From NCBI GenBank assembly GCA_040954595.2, contig CM082593.2:6913579-6977578 (forward strand): DNA of 64,000 nucleotides, written 5' to 3'. Source of the stretch: Balanoglossus misakiensis (taxonomy: Eukaryota; Animalia; Hemichordata). Below the pieces are notes generated by a model that had not been told where the DNA came from, did no database searches, and saw only the letters and a program-made list of their open reading frames with translations. Both the position numbers and the translations under genes were made by a program. Shown in pieces: positions 1 to 14,444 of this stretch; position 1 is the stretch's first letter, and every line of letters starts with the position of its first letter.

Positions 1-1498
1 GGGAAATTACTAGTTCATTGCTTTTTGGTCTTTTGCAACAGTTCAGCTTAACGTATGTCGACTGGCTACAATGTAACAATGTTTTAAACGGAAAAGACGC
101 TTAAACGCCCATTACTAGTACACGGAAGATCGTTAGTTGAATCGTTTCTCGGTTTAATCGCATTCAATTTCTCATTCGCGTCACAATATCGCACTTTGTT
201 TATATATTTTTTCCCATATTCAATGGTTTAGGAACGTACGTGACAGACTACACGTGTGCGAAGCGAAGGACGCGCCGCGCACTGCGCCGCGCTGCGCACC
301 ATAAAAAAAGTTAATCCCGACAACGATCGGTTGTAATTTTTTGAAAACGACACTTACCTTTTAGAATTGTCTTCTATCACCAGTTATATTTCTTTAAAAA
401 TCTCCAAATCTACACTTAAATGGAATGTTCAGTGTTACTAACTGGTTCTAGTCTAAATGTAGGCCTAGTTAAGTGCATAGAGCGAAAGTACAGTCATCAT
501 CACGTGTTTCGCGTACTGTAATTTTATGAATAGCACGGAGGCACCCTCATAATTGTGTTTCTAGGTCACAGTTCAATGACGTCGCATGTTTTGAGCGAAA
601 GTCCTAGATTGTGACACCCTCGTTCACACCCATTTCACATCTTGAAATCAGTTACTTTAGACTTATTAAAAGTTCAGCGTATTTTTTTGTAATTTGATCA
701 TATGAGCGCATTTTCGATTACGAAGCGGACACCAATAAAAACTCTAATTGTTTGCTTATTCATTCATTTAAACGAAATCACTTATTCTGCTGTTTAATTT
801 ACTTGAATATGTTTTAGTTTTATTATTTTAAAAAACGAAAGTTATATGACATTATTTGTAAAACATCAATAGTATCTGACAAAACAAACACAAAAAAGTG
901 GCCAGGGTCTGTTTTCAATCATTCAAAATGAGTAATTTCGGCTGAAAAGTGGAAAAAGTTCCTGAAAAGCGTCACCTGGAAAGTTGTCCGTATATGATAA
1001 AAGGTTACGTATTTAATATAGTTTTTGTTCGACCCAGGATCCACTGCGTTGTTAGGGTCATCTTATACCCCCTAGGTCAATCACCATAAATCTTCTTAAT
1101 TACAAATCATTGGTTCACTAATTACAGTGTGAAACGATATATTGTTTCGGCGACTAATATACCCTATCGGTCAGTTAAATGACAATAAATAATTGGCAGG
1201 GACGAGGTGCTAGCATACGGTTTAAATTCAAGGCCATGAAATGTAAATGTCGATATACTTGTCACTTAAAAAAATGAGGGCAACAGACGGAATTATGAAG
1301 GGCAAGTTGACCTCTCGCTCCTACCGCCACGGTTGACCCATCATAGTGTCGGTGTTTCGTACAATCGAGACGAGGAACGAGGCTTGTCAGGATAGTAGTA
1401 AAAACAACGCCTCCTGACCTCAAATTACCCGTCTAAATTTGAATATTATAATACGCCGTATTTTGGTTTGTAAGTGTTACGCATTCGGCGGCGAGTCG

Positions 1499-1507
1499 CG
1501 CCATCTT
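1499..1507 (+). promoter_or_regulatory. YY1-like promoter motif CGCCATCTT upstream of the SLC9B start codon
   Basis: Matches CGCCATNTT ~60 bp before the ATG at 1565, in a CpG-rich stretch (1480-1760). Confidence 0.35.
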
Positions 1508-1564
1508 TTCGCGATCAACACGGAATTTGTACGATTGTACTTAGGGAGTCTGTGTTGACCTGAT

Positions 1565-4500
1565 ATGGACAAGGATTACTTTGCGGAACACGAGGAAGGT
1601 CTGTCATCGTCAATCGACAGGTTAGTCATTATTTCAGTCGAAAAAGCTCGAACTCGGTGCCCTTTATGAGAGAGCGTGTTCTGATCGCAAGTACAGAAGG
1701 CATTGAACGACGGACTGACAACAAGCGCCGCCACACGCACGCCAGATCCAGAGCATGCTATACGTGCCGAACCACAAGTTTTAAAATCGTGTTCTGAAAA
1801 TATTTTCAGCTGTCATCATATCTGTCTCCGGCATTTGTCCACCACAAAATATGTAGTTGTCCGCCTAAAAGTGACTATAAATGGAAAAAACACCCGAATA
1901 AAAGTCGAATGATTTTTATGTACTTTACCAAAGTGGGTGGGCTCGAAAAATTTTGAACCGTCCTCATTTTAGAGTTGTGAACTTGTAAATATTATAATTG
2001 ACAATCTGGCGGTTGCACAGAACGCCCAGCCATGCACTGAAACAACAGCAATGCTGGATACACATGCATAATTATTTCTTTTGCAATATTTGCCAAGGAA
2101 ACAGTTTTGCGTAATCATACCAATGTCAATAGTTTCAGGGCAAGGTCAAATTTGAGGTCACGTGACACAGTTTGACCTTCAACAAGGCAACAGTGATCTA
2201 GACTGTTATCTTTGCAGCAATTAAGACTTATCTAAAGATAAAATTGTATTTTGAACAGGAATTTTGTACTGATCAGATGCTAGTAATGATTTTCTATACA
2301 GGAAAGAATTCTCCAAAACTAAAATCGAAAAGTGGGTCACATTAGTCATTAGTGTGCATTGATCCAAATCAGTAATATGACATGGACAATATACTAGTAC
2401 CCGCATTTCAACTGACAACTTTTTTATTTGACAAAACATGTGAATACTTGGGTAAAGCATAAATTAGTGGAATTGAAATAGTCATGAAAGCGAAAGAACT
2501 TTTTCCACCATAAGTTGAGAGCAGTTCATCTCGCGTTAGTATCAAGAAGATTCCGATTTCTCAGCAAGAGTGTTAATTTCAACCAGATGCAAGTGGCGTA
2601 GAAGGCAACATTCTCTTGAGCCATTATTGAAAACTTCTTTGGAATATATAATTTCATGTGACTTATAGTTTCAATCTCCCAGAATTCCTTCGTCTCCCAA
2701 TTCTTGACATACAGTGGCATTGTAAACATTGTAAAATTCTCAAGAGGTGAATATGAAAGAAACTTTTATGAAAACATATTCCACCATCAGAAACCTTTCA
2801 GACACTGACATCCTTTCTTCCAAATAACTTTTTATACCAGGAAATTTGCCAAGTCTCACATGATTGTGAGAAACAGACAGTCTTAAACAGGAAGTATATT
2901 GTTTCACAAAGACCCTTTCAGTTTCATCTTGGTTTCAGGAAAAAATTGAAAACACCCAAGACACAAGCAAATTACAGTTATTTTGAAATTTTATGTTTAA
3001 TTGGAATTAGAGGACTGACCTTTTGCAAGTCAGACACTGGTCTTTGTAACCTATTCTGAACTTTGTAACCTTTGACCTGTAGTGCTATGCCATGGCAAAA
3101 GGTGGATTTTTCTTTCGACTGGTGAAAATAATTTTAAGAAAATGGAGAGAAATGTTTCTGATATTGTTTCCAAACATCTGTAGTTGCGAATAGACAGTAG
3201 AAACGTCAAAGATTAGACAAGTATTGCTTGGTTGTGGAAAAGATTATCATAGTCATTAGGCATATGTACTAACTTCTGATTTCTGTCTGTATTTCATTTC
3301 TTTAATCTTCACTTTTTTCCTGTTTTTATAGTGCCCTGTTATCATCAAATGGTGCCGTCCGAAACTATGGAACCACCACATGCATTCCAGTGAAACGGGA
3401 AATCTGCAGTAAAGCCTTATTAAACGGCCATCTCACCATGGCGGAAAAAGACATCAGGAATCTTGATGGCAGTATAGAGGACTGCAAAGTCAAAAGTGAC
3501 AGCGTTGATGAAGTCGGCTTAAGCAAGAGCCACTCCAGGAGCAAGAGGTGCATCCGTCGCTGTGATAAGTGGTGTGCACCGTGTCTGATCAAGTACCACA
3601 GTCCACCAACACATGGCGATTCACGTTGCTACAAGTATGATACTTTTCGTTCCTTGGTGGGAAAAAAATGTCATGTTTCCCAACACACCAATTCTTAAAA
3701 TCATAAGTTGTCTTAGCTTAAGTTGAGCCAGTGGAGATGATTATAATGCAGGCCTGCTCTTGGTTGATTGAAGACTTAGATACCTTTCTCAGACTTGTCT
3801 CAGTACTGCTAGTTCTTGGTCCATGTGCTTGAGTGAAGAAGGCTCACACACAGAAAAATCCACCATAGAGTCATTATCAAGAATTTCAATCTCATGACTC
3901 TGATAGATGCTCTCCAAGATAGCCACAGACAGCAGAAGCTCCATCATCCCTTTTTTTGCAGAATCTGGGGACTTGGTTGGCATGTTTTTTCGCTGGGTGT
4001 GTGTAAGCCCAGCGAAAAAACACGCCAATCGGGATTCCTTATAAAATAACAGAACATCTCCCTGTTTCTTTTATTTCTTTCAGATACAAATACACTTTTC
4101 TGTGTCCGCCACATGGTAACTTTGCCACTGGGATCTTGTACATATTACTTGTGTTTATAGTCTGGGGTACCATGTGGGCCATGACTAAGGAAGAGGCTTT
4201 ACCTGGAGGGAATTTGTTTGCGTTGTTTATACTCTGGGTGGCTGCTGTCCTCGGTGGTGTGCTTGTGTCATTCATTAAACTACCCCCACTTTTAGGTAAG
4301 TGTGACTTATCAGTCTGCCTCCACTTTTTATGGTAAGTGTGATTTCACGTATCACATGACCTCTGCTTTTAGGTTTGCGCAGTGTCACTGATCAAACTAC
4401 ATATGTATCTCCACTATTAATTTTAAACACTTTGTGTAGCGTTTCTTGAGTCATGTAATGACCTGTTGTTGAGGCGCCCCTGCTCCCAATTCACATTAAC

Positions 4501-7500
4501 CCTTACGTTTAGTTCTGAAATGCTGTGATGTCAAGCGAAACAGTACCACCTCTGAGTTGAAATTACCATGCCATTCATCAAAAACTGAAAAGGGCAATTT
4601 ATACCCCAGCACCATACAACAGAAGTCACATCATGTGTAGTTGCAGAATTGAAGACTGATACGGAGAACAAAGAACCCACAGAGTCTTCTCTGTACAACA
4701 CATCCAGTCAACATTCTTTTTCCACCCCAGTAGCTAACCCTGCATTTTTTCCTCTTACCCCCCTCCTCCCACAGGTATGCTTATAGTGGGCGTCATGCTG
4801 CGAAATATACCGTACATCGACATAGCCAAAGATATCGAACCGGAGTGGTCGATATCGCTGCGAAACATAGCATTTACAGTGATACTTTTACGCGCGGGGC
4901 TGGGACTGGACGCCGAGGCGCTGAAGAAGTTGAAAGTTGTGTGTTTACGTCTGGCGTTCACTCCGTGCTCGATAGAGTGCATAACGGCGGCGATAGTCGG
5001 GTTTCTGCTGCTTGGTTTGCCGTGGGACTGGGGCTTCATGTTAGGGTGAGTGCTCTTTTTCACTGCGATCATTTTACAGAATGACTTTCAGGGAATCAGA
5101 ACGGATTGGCGTGGGTTCTTCTGGAGGTCATGAAAGTTTTGTCATTTTGGTCGTATCATGGCCTCTCCACACAGACCGTGGACGTATCTTAACGCGAGCA
5201 CTGGTATGAATAATATACCAAAGTACAGCCAGATCGGTTTGTCATGCAGAGTTGCTGTCTCTCTTGTAAAACTGTGCTGAACTTACAAGTAGAGTTTTGT
5301 AATGTACACTTACTGCTGGAACTATGACGATTTTCCCTGTAGACTGGGAGACATGCTATCACATGTACAGGGAGATTGGATGTAGTTGAAAAGTGTATGT
5401 GGTAAAGCGCCTATCATAATGTTATCTTGGCCTTACTTATACATGTAGTAGTGTTCAGTTCATTCTGGCGCTCGCAATACTAGTATTTCACAGATCCCCT
5501 TCTTATATACTGTAGCATTTATGATAGATCAGGCCTTTGACATATCTTCTAAAATCTTGGAGAGTACAAAACAGAGCAAATTGTTCCACCAAATACTGAT
5601 TCTGTTGTCTCGTCTCAGATTTGTTTTAGGTGCCGTTTCGCCAGCAGTGGTGGTGCCCTCTTTGTTGAGCTTGCAAGATCGAGGCTTTGGCGTGAATAAA
5701 GGAATACCGACTCTTGTCATAGCCGCGGCCAGTGTGGATGATGTCCTGGCTATTACCGGATTCAGTGTGGTCCTAGGAATTACATTCTCTACAGGTAATC
5801 AAAATGCCTAAAATATACTTTTGATTTATTGTAGCTACTCGTGTTGCATTACAGGGTCTCATGTTGCTGTTATTCCAGTGTGAAGAGCCAAATAAGTCTT
5901 ATTACTGCAATTATGTTGCAATCAAAATTTTCCATGTTTTGAGTTTCTGCTGTCGTTTTTGGTCAAACATATTTTCTTCTGCAAGTCCAAGATGGCTTTG
6001 ATATTTGGCTTGCCAGACACAGTGGGGAGCCTTTATTGCTTTCCGCAGTGGGAGGGAAAATGCAAATATTTGTTTTTAGATAAATGTAGTGACCCTCATG
6101 CACCTGTTGGCTGATTGACCTTCAATTCCTTGGCATCCAGTTTTATTCATAGGCGTGTTCATATCTGATAAGTGTCACATTGTGCACTCACTTGCATGGA
6201 GTGTGTTGATATTTAGTTTAATTTATGACCCTAATATCTTTGTGACCTCCAGTGATATACTGTAAAACACTTTATTTTCGCAAGCAATAAATTTTTCACG
6301 AAATACGCGAGAGCCAAATTAGCGTGAAAATAAAAATTCGCGTAAATATTTTTTGAAGATAACGATGCAGTGAATGAAATAAGAGAAGGCGAAAATTAAT
6401 ACTCGCGAAACAATGGCCTCGCTCGATATCGCGAAAATTTTAACTCGCGAAAATAAAGTGTTTTACAGTACATCCAACATTTCTTACTTCACTGAAAAAC
6501 CACCATCCAACAAACATGGCACCAGTTCATTTGATATCCCTTTTATTTCGTCTCAAGGTAGCATAGTGTTGACTATATTCCGTGGACCAATTGAAGTTTT
6601 GGTTGGCATTTTTCTGGGGATTGTCTTTGGCGCCATCATGTGGTACATCCCACATAAAGACAAGGTGAGAAAGAAATTATGTACGCTATAATATATCAGC
6701 CACGGTCAAGGGTGATAAAAAAATTGTATCTTGCTGTTTGGCGCCCTCTGTGGCGGTAACAGATTTTACTGATATCCATGCTAGAATGTGTGTCTGACAC
6801 AATTTCGTAAATTTGGTTGAGGAAAGCTTTATACTTGGCTAGCAAAGCTTTCCTACGGTAATTAACCAAGCCTTGTGAGATTTTGCAATGTGCAGAAGAT
6901 CATCTATTATTATTGAATCCTAATTCTTCTTACAGGCATCTCTGATTGGCTACCGTAGTTTCTTCCTGTTTGCCAGTGGATTATTAACATTATTTTGTAC
7001 TGGGTCGCTGAAGTTGCCCGGTTCGGGACCGTTGGCAGTACTGACCATGGCGTTTGTAGCAGCTCAGAGATGGAAAGATGAAAAGGTGTGTTATAGTATT
7101 GACTGATGGCAACCATTTTTGGCATAATTAGTCTGTATGGCTGCAGTTCAACCCTCTCACCACCATGGTTTGGTCCAAATCCATTGCTTTCTATGGTAAA
7201 GTTGGACCTCTGCAATGGGAGGCAGGGGTGAAAAGGCCAAATTTACCGGTCATCTTTGTTGAGTCTAAACCACAAACTTTCAGAGCTGCCCTCCAACAAC
7301 GACATGAAACAAAAAGTCATGGAATATGTGCTTGTATGTATACATCCGGCTGAACTCCGTTTTCATTCCAAAATGTCTGTTAAAGGAGACTGTTTTAATT
7401 TACTTTACACACTGTTGTCTTGTCAGGTTCCCGTTGAAGATGTAATCGATTCCTTGTGGACTTTCTTCCAACCATTCCTGTTTGCGCTGATTGGTGCTGA

Positions 7501-8853
7501 GATACTTATAGAGAATCTAGATCCTAATACTATAGGTAAGGTTCCAGTATGCAGCCAATGTAGTCATTGTGAAGTTCCGATATTTTTTAGATTGGAGCCG
7601 AGATTATTTGAATTTACGATCCAAAAAATTAGAATGCCTCTCTGTCTTTCTACAGGTCTTGGAATTGGGTTGTTAGCAATATGTCTGGTTGTGCGAATGA
7701 CCGTCACGTTCTTCGTTGTGCTCAGATCGGGTCTCACCATCAAGGAGAGACTGTTTATAGCGTTGGCATGGTTACCCAAAGCCACTGTACAGGTGAGTGT
7801 GAGTTTTGAGCAATGCTGTGAAATGGTGAAATGAGTCGGGGTTGTGAATGTGAAATTCCAAAAGTGTTGGACAATTCTGGCTGCCTTAAATAGGTTTTCA
7901 CTTTGCGCTAAGGGGTCAAATCACATTGCATTCTGGTCGAAAAATCGGCCATCTTGAAATTGTGTCGAAAATGTGAGATTTTTATTACCCACTTAGGTAG
8001 CCAAAAACCTATTTAAGGTCGGGAGAATTCTTCCGAGGAAAGTGTAGGACATGAGTGCGCCCTCACTCAGTTCACAGTGTAGGACAATCCTGCAGTCAAT
8101 ATCGACTGATCGGTGACCTACAGGTACATGTATGTATTTTCTGTCTTCAGGCTGCCATTGGCGGAATAGCCTATGACACAGCAAGAGAAAGAGAGGCTGG
8201 GGAGGAAGCAATTCATCTCGGTATCCAGGTAAAAAATACTAATTTTTTCGCTTCTTGTACCCTTGACGTTACGGCCTGAAAAATGATCGCTCAGTTGGAG
8301 GAATATAAAAAAAAATTTTGAACATTTTGTAATGAACTTATGTGGTTTATAATCTATGTGACAAGTGGCCATTATTAACTAGGCAGATGCCCTGTGTTAT
8401 TCTGGTCACTAGTTTGCCCCCCCCCCCTCCCCACCCATTTGCAGCTGCATGTGCAAATGAGGCATGTCATGCCATTCTTTCCAAGGCCACAGTTTATCGA
8501 GCAATGTGATTGGTGAATGTGGATTTTTTTATAGTGGCCAGGTAATTGATAACAGCATTCACAAAGGTGGAAGCTTGTCAATCTAGGTGCCTTACCATGA
8601 AAATCTCAATCTCATGGGATTTGCATGTTTTTTTGTGTCACCACAGGTATTAACAATAGCCGTGCTGTCCATTATCATCACGGCTCCAATCGGGGCGGCG
8701 GCCATTGCGTTAAGCGGACCACGACTGCTTCACAAATCAGAAGACGCGAAATACAAAAAAGATGACGATGCAGGCGAGAGAAAAAACAGGATAGAGGATG
8801 AGGTAGAGGAGGACACTCACGTCGCCATGCTGACGACAGAATCAGGCGTCTGA
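1565..8853 (+). CDS. SLC9B2: SLC9B/NHA-family Na+(Li+)/H+ antiporter (NHA2-like, CPA2), 11 coding exons, 601 aa
   Basis: Exons joined at GT-AG sites with consistent phases: 1565-1620, 3332-3634, 4084-4295, 4775-5045, 5619-5794, 6558-6664, 6936-7085, 7427-7535, 7656-7792, 8151-8228, 8647-8853 (1806 nt, ends TGA). Family motifs: LCPPHG, LPPLLGML, LRNIAFTVILLRAGLGLD, GFVLGAVSPAVVVPSLL, GIPTLVIAAASVDDVLAITGF (ion-binding DD), FQPFLFALIGAEI, AWLPKATVQAAIG, AVLSIIITAPIGA. Exon 1 is the least certain. The gene is co-orthologous to vertebrate SLC9B1/SLC9B2. Confidence 0.93.
2143..2166. promoter_or_regulatory. CLEAR/E-box palindrome GTCACGTGAC overlapping two AGGTCA half-sites in SLC9B intron 1
   Basis: AGGTCA at 2143-2148 and 2155-2160; GTCACGTGAC at 2157-2166; a TGACCT follows ~7 bp later. 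Motif match only. Confidence 0.35.
6260..6468. mobile_element. Tc1/mariner-type MITE (209 bp) in SLC9B intron 5
   Basis: Perfect 22-bp terminal inverted repeats CTGTAAAACACTTTATTTTCGC / GCGAAAATAAAGTGTTTTACAG, flanked by TA on both sides (6258-6259, 6469-6470). Internal repeated CGCGAAA motifs. Confidence 0.85.
7152..7236 (+). mobile_element. ~87-bp TTAA-type (piggyBac-like) MITE, copy 1 (SLC9B intron 7)
   Basis: CCCTCTCACCACCATGGTTTGGTCCAAA...TATGGTAAAGTTGGACCTCT...GGGGTGAAAAGG. Clearly homologous to copies at 26838 and 33211. Confidence 0.7.
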
Positions 8854-8892
8854 TAAAAAATATTCTGATGGCAGTATTTGATGGTAAATTAA

Positions 8893-9189
8893 CCCTAATG
8901 CTACTGGGTGTTTAACCTGGTTAGAGTGTCAAGTCCCTTAAAATACATATTTGCCACTTTTTCTTCTAAAACGTATTTTGACTGTCTTGACATGGCTCTC
9001 ATACGTACTTAGACATACTTGGCAGTCTGAGCCCCCTGTAAAATGTACCAAATCGCACTGGTTTGTACTGTATTGGTCTGAGGGTCTTGTATTGAATAAC
9101 ACACACTTGGCAGCCTAACAGGCCTGGGAGCCAGGATTCTAGGCACCCTGGATATCACACCAGTTTTAACTGACTTGGCAGCGTTAGGG
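8893..9189. mobile_element. piggyBac-like non-autonomous element (297 bp) in the SLC9B 3' UTR
   Basis: TTAA at 8889-8892 and 9190-9193. Termini CCCTAATGCTAC... and ...GCAGCGTTAGGG are imperfect inverted repeats extending ~30 bp. Confidence 0.7.
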
Positions 9190-12100
9190 TTAAAGTTGTA
9201 TGAAAAAAGAGGTTAAAGAGTTGCTGTATGACCCATGCAATTACTGTAGCCATCGATTGATAAGTACAGTTTAGAGACACAGGTAGCTCATTTAAAATTC
9301 AGAATGTACAGATTGTCTGTAAGAATAAAATTCTTCACGTATCAGCCATTGAGGTGTGGAATTAAATTGCACTAAAAGCTAAGCATACTAAAAATGTGAT
9401 AGTATTATTTTCTGTCTTTCAGCCATCACTGCTGTCATCCCGCTGCATTGATATTGTACCTAGACTTTGTTCTCTATGTGTAGCTATTAATCCGGGATTG
9501 TTTTTTTTTGTGTGTAGTTGCTATAAGAGACTGCTTTATCATTCGTTTGCTGCACCCAAAGCTCATAACCATTCTCCTGACTGAAAAACTGGTGAACATT
9601 AACATCTGTTGAAATGCTTTCATTGCGTGTAACTCTGGGTCTTTCGGTTCTATCTGGATGCTGGATTAGATGCCAGCAATCTTGTTACAAATTCAGTATG
9701 TTAAAAAGATAACATTTCTCCAATGATGTAGGTTTCTGCCGTCAAATGTTTTGTGTATCAGTGATAAACCATCGAAGTATTTTCACCTTTGGTATTTTAG
9801 GAGAATTGTAACTATCACATGCCTGCAATTCTGCCAAAATTAGCTTTCTTGGGAATCTGGGATATTGAGAAAGGTCTTAGGTTAAAGGTCAACATGAGAG
9901 CCATGACATAAAAAACTTTGGGCAGGTGTTATGATTCTTCTAAGAGATTTTATAAAATATTTTTTTTATTACTTTTTTGGGTACCAACTCAGGTAGAAAA
10001 GCTGCCCTTTTTTAAAAGTTTTCAGTCATTAAAAATGAAAATACTGGACTCAAAACAGGGTTCATGAATGTTATTTACCCATGTTTGTAAGAGGCTGACA
10101 TAGGAATTATGGCAGCTTTGAATATTTTCGACAACATTTTGGCTGAAGTACGAAGTTCACAACAGAAACAAGAGTCTTACTTTCAGAAACTTATTCACAG
10201 GACCATCATAGATAAAATCCTACCACAAGCTATATCCATTTCTTTCTGCCAAAATTTGCATCAGTTTTTGGAATGGCGACAACCTTAGGACTGGAATCGG
10301 TGAAATCTTTCTGAATAAATCAAATTATTGTGTGATACTGTCCGAAATGTATAATTTTTGAAATGTTTATGTAAAAAAATCCTTTCTTTTGAGTTTTGTC
10401 ATATAACTCATGTTTTCCCAAATTTATTTTTTTGAAAGTCAAACTTATGTAAATTTGTTTATTTTAAATGAAAAGTGTGGAATTTATGGATCATATACAT
10501 TTATGTTCTCCTGTATATTCATAGGTAAGTTATTGTCTGTCATAGTGACAAATGTTCTGTGAGACGGTACCTCCCCTTGTCTAGAACAGAGATGGGTTCC
10601 ATTATTTTAAGGGGGTGATGGAACTGTTTGGAGGGACATTATGTGTGTTTACACTTGAACATGATTATAAGGTTTGTTGTCCTTATGAAAATTCAGTGTT
10701 TGACCTGGCAGGTAAGATGTGCCTTCTCTCATTGGGGAAAACCGGCAATCGTGCATTGAAGATGGAAAACTTTTACCCATAATTGTAATTTATTGCAGAC
10801 ATTATCTTTCATTGCTACGTTCAGGGAAGTAATATGAGTGCTTGTATTTTGTAAAGTGCGTTTACAAGTACTCCTTGTAAGTTGGAACTTGATTTTCAAT
10901 ATATGTCACTAGAGGGCGCTCTTTATACCGGAAGTATTCACTTTTTTGTGTGTGTGTGCAAAATATTTTGAGTTGATGAAAGTGTACAATTGTTCAATCA
11001 TCGGTTTCAATCAAAATGCAGTCAACTCTTAATAACCCTCTTAAGTTTATTGTTTTGCTGTTGTAAAATTTTATTTTGTGACTGTCCAACAGTTCACTTT
11101 ATTTGCATCCTCATTCAATGATTCGACAACTTTTGCTTGCTAGATTGATTTTGTAATAATTGAAATAAAGCAGAATGCTTCTTTGATCATTTTGCAGTGT
11201 TTTGAAGCTCAGCCTGGACATTCACAGACTTTCAATTATCTCACAGACATCCATCCCTGCCGGCCCCGCCCTCACAGTTCGAGTGACCATCACCAATGAC
11301 ATCACAGTTCCTCATGAATATGCAAATAAATGAATCCATCTTCAAGATTCTGACCAATTTCAGGTGAGGTTGCATAATTGTGAGGACAAACACTGAACTG
11401 GTATCTAAATTTGTTCTTAGTAATTGTAACAATGGAAGTTGTGAATAACTGGGGGTCTGTCATGTTCAAAGAATTGACTGACCCTGCCAAGAGACATCAA
11501 GTTTCTTGCAAATTTCTGTTTGTGTTGGTCAGCCTAGCCATGTATGCATGCGTATACAGGTGGCACAATTCAAACCTCGCATAGACAATCAGTATTTAAA
11601 TGATTGCATCACAAATGAGACAATATTGAACCACTCAAAATGCGTTACTTTGCGTACATACAAGTACTTGAATATGTTTTTTTTTTAAATTAAAACTTGG
11701 CATTCTCGAGTGGGATAGAAATGATGGCAACTGATGTAAAAACATTCTTGTTTTTGTTTTTGCTACAGACTTGATGTTTGATTCAGTGGGTATACCAGAT
11801 TTGCATAGGGTGGCATTGAAAATAACATCTGTTCATTTCTATATTTATCATTTGGAGTGAGATGGACAAAACAAGTTGGTTGCATAACATTACAAGACTG
11901 TCAGGTAGTTTAGCTGGGTGCATACTAGCTGCAGTTCAGTAGCTCGAGGTTTTTCTTGTTGGTTTTGGGGTTTATAGATGGCAAAACTGGTTTTGCTGTC
12001 CAAACACAAATATCAGGCAAAACCTACCGCTACTGAACTGCAGGTAGGTGCATGCATGACTTTGCATTTGTCGAACCATTATTTCTGGTATACGTGTCCA

Positions 12101-14444
12101 CAATGTTTGAATCAGCATGGAGTTTTATGGCTCAAAATTATGTCAAAATATTCTGACTGTAGCTGCTGGTGGTTTTGAGGGATTGGTCAGCCTTGGTTGC
12201 TCTTCTGAAAATTATGCATGTGTTCCTAAAGTCGAGCATGAACTTGTATTCACTATTCATCCTGGGTCCTGGCATTTGTTTTGTTGTACAAACTTTCAGC
12301 AGATTATGATAGTTTACTTTCAATCAGAATCAGTTAATCAGGTTCTTCTTTTTAGAAAAAAATAATTTTAAAATTCGTCCTCCAACACAGCCAACATCCA
12401 TCTGACCATCCATCACTAACAAATTATCTTGTGTCCACCCACGGCCCATAAACCAGGATTTTTAGACCATCCGCTTGGGGGGAAACTCCCTCACCAAAAC
12501 TTCAAAGCATGTGACCCACATTAACACAGGCTACTGATTATTTAGACAAGCTGGCCCAAGATGCCACCGTTTGATGATGAAAGAATGCTCATAAAATGAA
12601 TCTGTGTTGTCAAGGTGACCGACAAAAAGTAGGTCAAAGATGTGAACATTTAAAAAACTACCGTCTAACAAAAAACACATACCGGGGTAATATGATTTTT
12701 TATTACAAAAGATTTGAGATTTATAGTCATAATTTTTTTGTCTTGATTTGTTCTAATAATACATGTAATATGTGGATTTGGATATCTGACACAGTTTTTG
12801 TGTGGTAACTTTGAAGTAGGTCAAATGATATTGCCTCTCTCTCCACTTGGTGGTTTTTATCACTGGTACATTTTTGGACTTCTGTATTTCTGTCTTTTTT
12901 ATTGGAGTGTCCATCAATTGAAACCACAATGCCCACTATACTCCCTAGGGGTCTTGGTGATAATGTCCTGTTTGCAAAGACCAGGCCGGAATAAAAGCAA
13001 ACATACCGCACACAAAAGTTTACTGGTTTTGAAAAGACAACTTTATAAGTGGGTCAGACTACCGTCTTTATGCAGTGTCTCAATGTAAAGAAACTCAGTC
13101 CCAACTATTTTCTTTTTGTTCGATCTTGCAGCAGCTACAAGCTTTTGAACTAAGATAAATGTTTTTACAAACTCAGAGATTCTAAAAAGTGTAGTGTCAG
13201 GAAATGATTTATTTTAAAATAAGTTTCGGTCCAATAAAGAAAAATGTGGGGTGCAAAGTACAGAAACCTGTACTTCAATACAATCGTAAATGAACAAAAG
13301 TAAAAATAATATTTGCTTTTCCATCCAATGTAGGTCAGAATGAGACCTTTGAGCATATAGCGTACATAAGGAACTGTTTTCAGTAACCAATAACTGAAGG
13401 TTTTTTGCATGTAAGGCAGGCTTATCAACACTTCAACAAAGAAGTTTTGGGTAATTAAAGACACATAGTTCTGCCTTTTATATCTCACCATACATAGAAA
13501 CATTTCCCCCAGTGAAACATTTTGGTCACTGTTGTGAAATTTTATATATGCTGCACACATTGATAATTGTTCTGCATATCAGTTTTCATATACAGTGACC
13601 TTGTGTTGACCTTAAAATGGGGTCATATTTCTCACCTCAGATTGCTCATATACTAGATGATTGTATAGCTCAAATATTTTCTTTTCGTATGATGATAATT
13701 ATTTAATTAAACGTAAACAAATGTATTCAGATTAAAACAATCATTCAGTTTATGAGAGACACGTATATGTTGTTGATATGCAGGGACAGTTGTAAAAACA
13801 TTATAACAGTTATTTCAAGTTCTTGTTTTGAAGAAGTTAAACTAATAGTTTTGTATGACCAGGTTTCACATCATTCTAACCGATCACATCATTGTATGGG
13901 CTGTATGGTTACTTTTGTGTACATGTATCAAGCAAAAAAAATTGTTCTTCCAAGGTAGAAAAATTCACACACACTGACACTTGTAAACAGGTATCTTTCT
14001 TTACCCATCCCGAACCACCCTGACTTTGATAAGCCCATTGGTACAGTGACACAGCTGGACTTCTCTATTGCAAAATAGGGGTAAAACTAAAAGAGGGGTA
14101 TTCCATTGTTAGAAATTACCCCCCAAGTGTTCTCCTCCTCAATTCCTGTTGTTCGGTCTATATAGTGTAGTTAGGATTATCTCCATTAATTGACAACTAT
14201 AAATCTGTTCCCAGCCCCATCCCCCTAGCATCACAATGAAACCCTGCAAAGTTTCCCAAGGTTACTGTTTGTCTTAAACCCTGGCAAGAATAACAATCAA
14301 TTTGGCTGAACAGACAAGAAAGACAAGTTGCCTACTACATGTAATTACATGAGCATCTTAATACCAGGAAGATCTTTCAAGGACGATGGCTAATCTACCT
14401 CTAAATCCTTTCCAGTATGGATGGATAGTGTTGACTGAATTCAG

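Noticed and set aside
340-520. Minus-strand donor AAG|GTAAGTG at ~357 suggesting a divergent neighbouring gene
   Set aside because: A single splice-like motif with no recognisable coding sequence inside the window.
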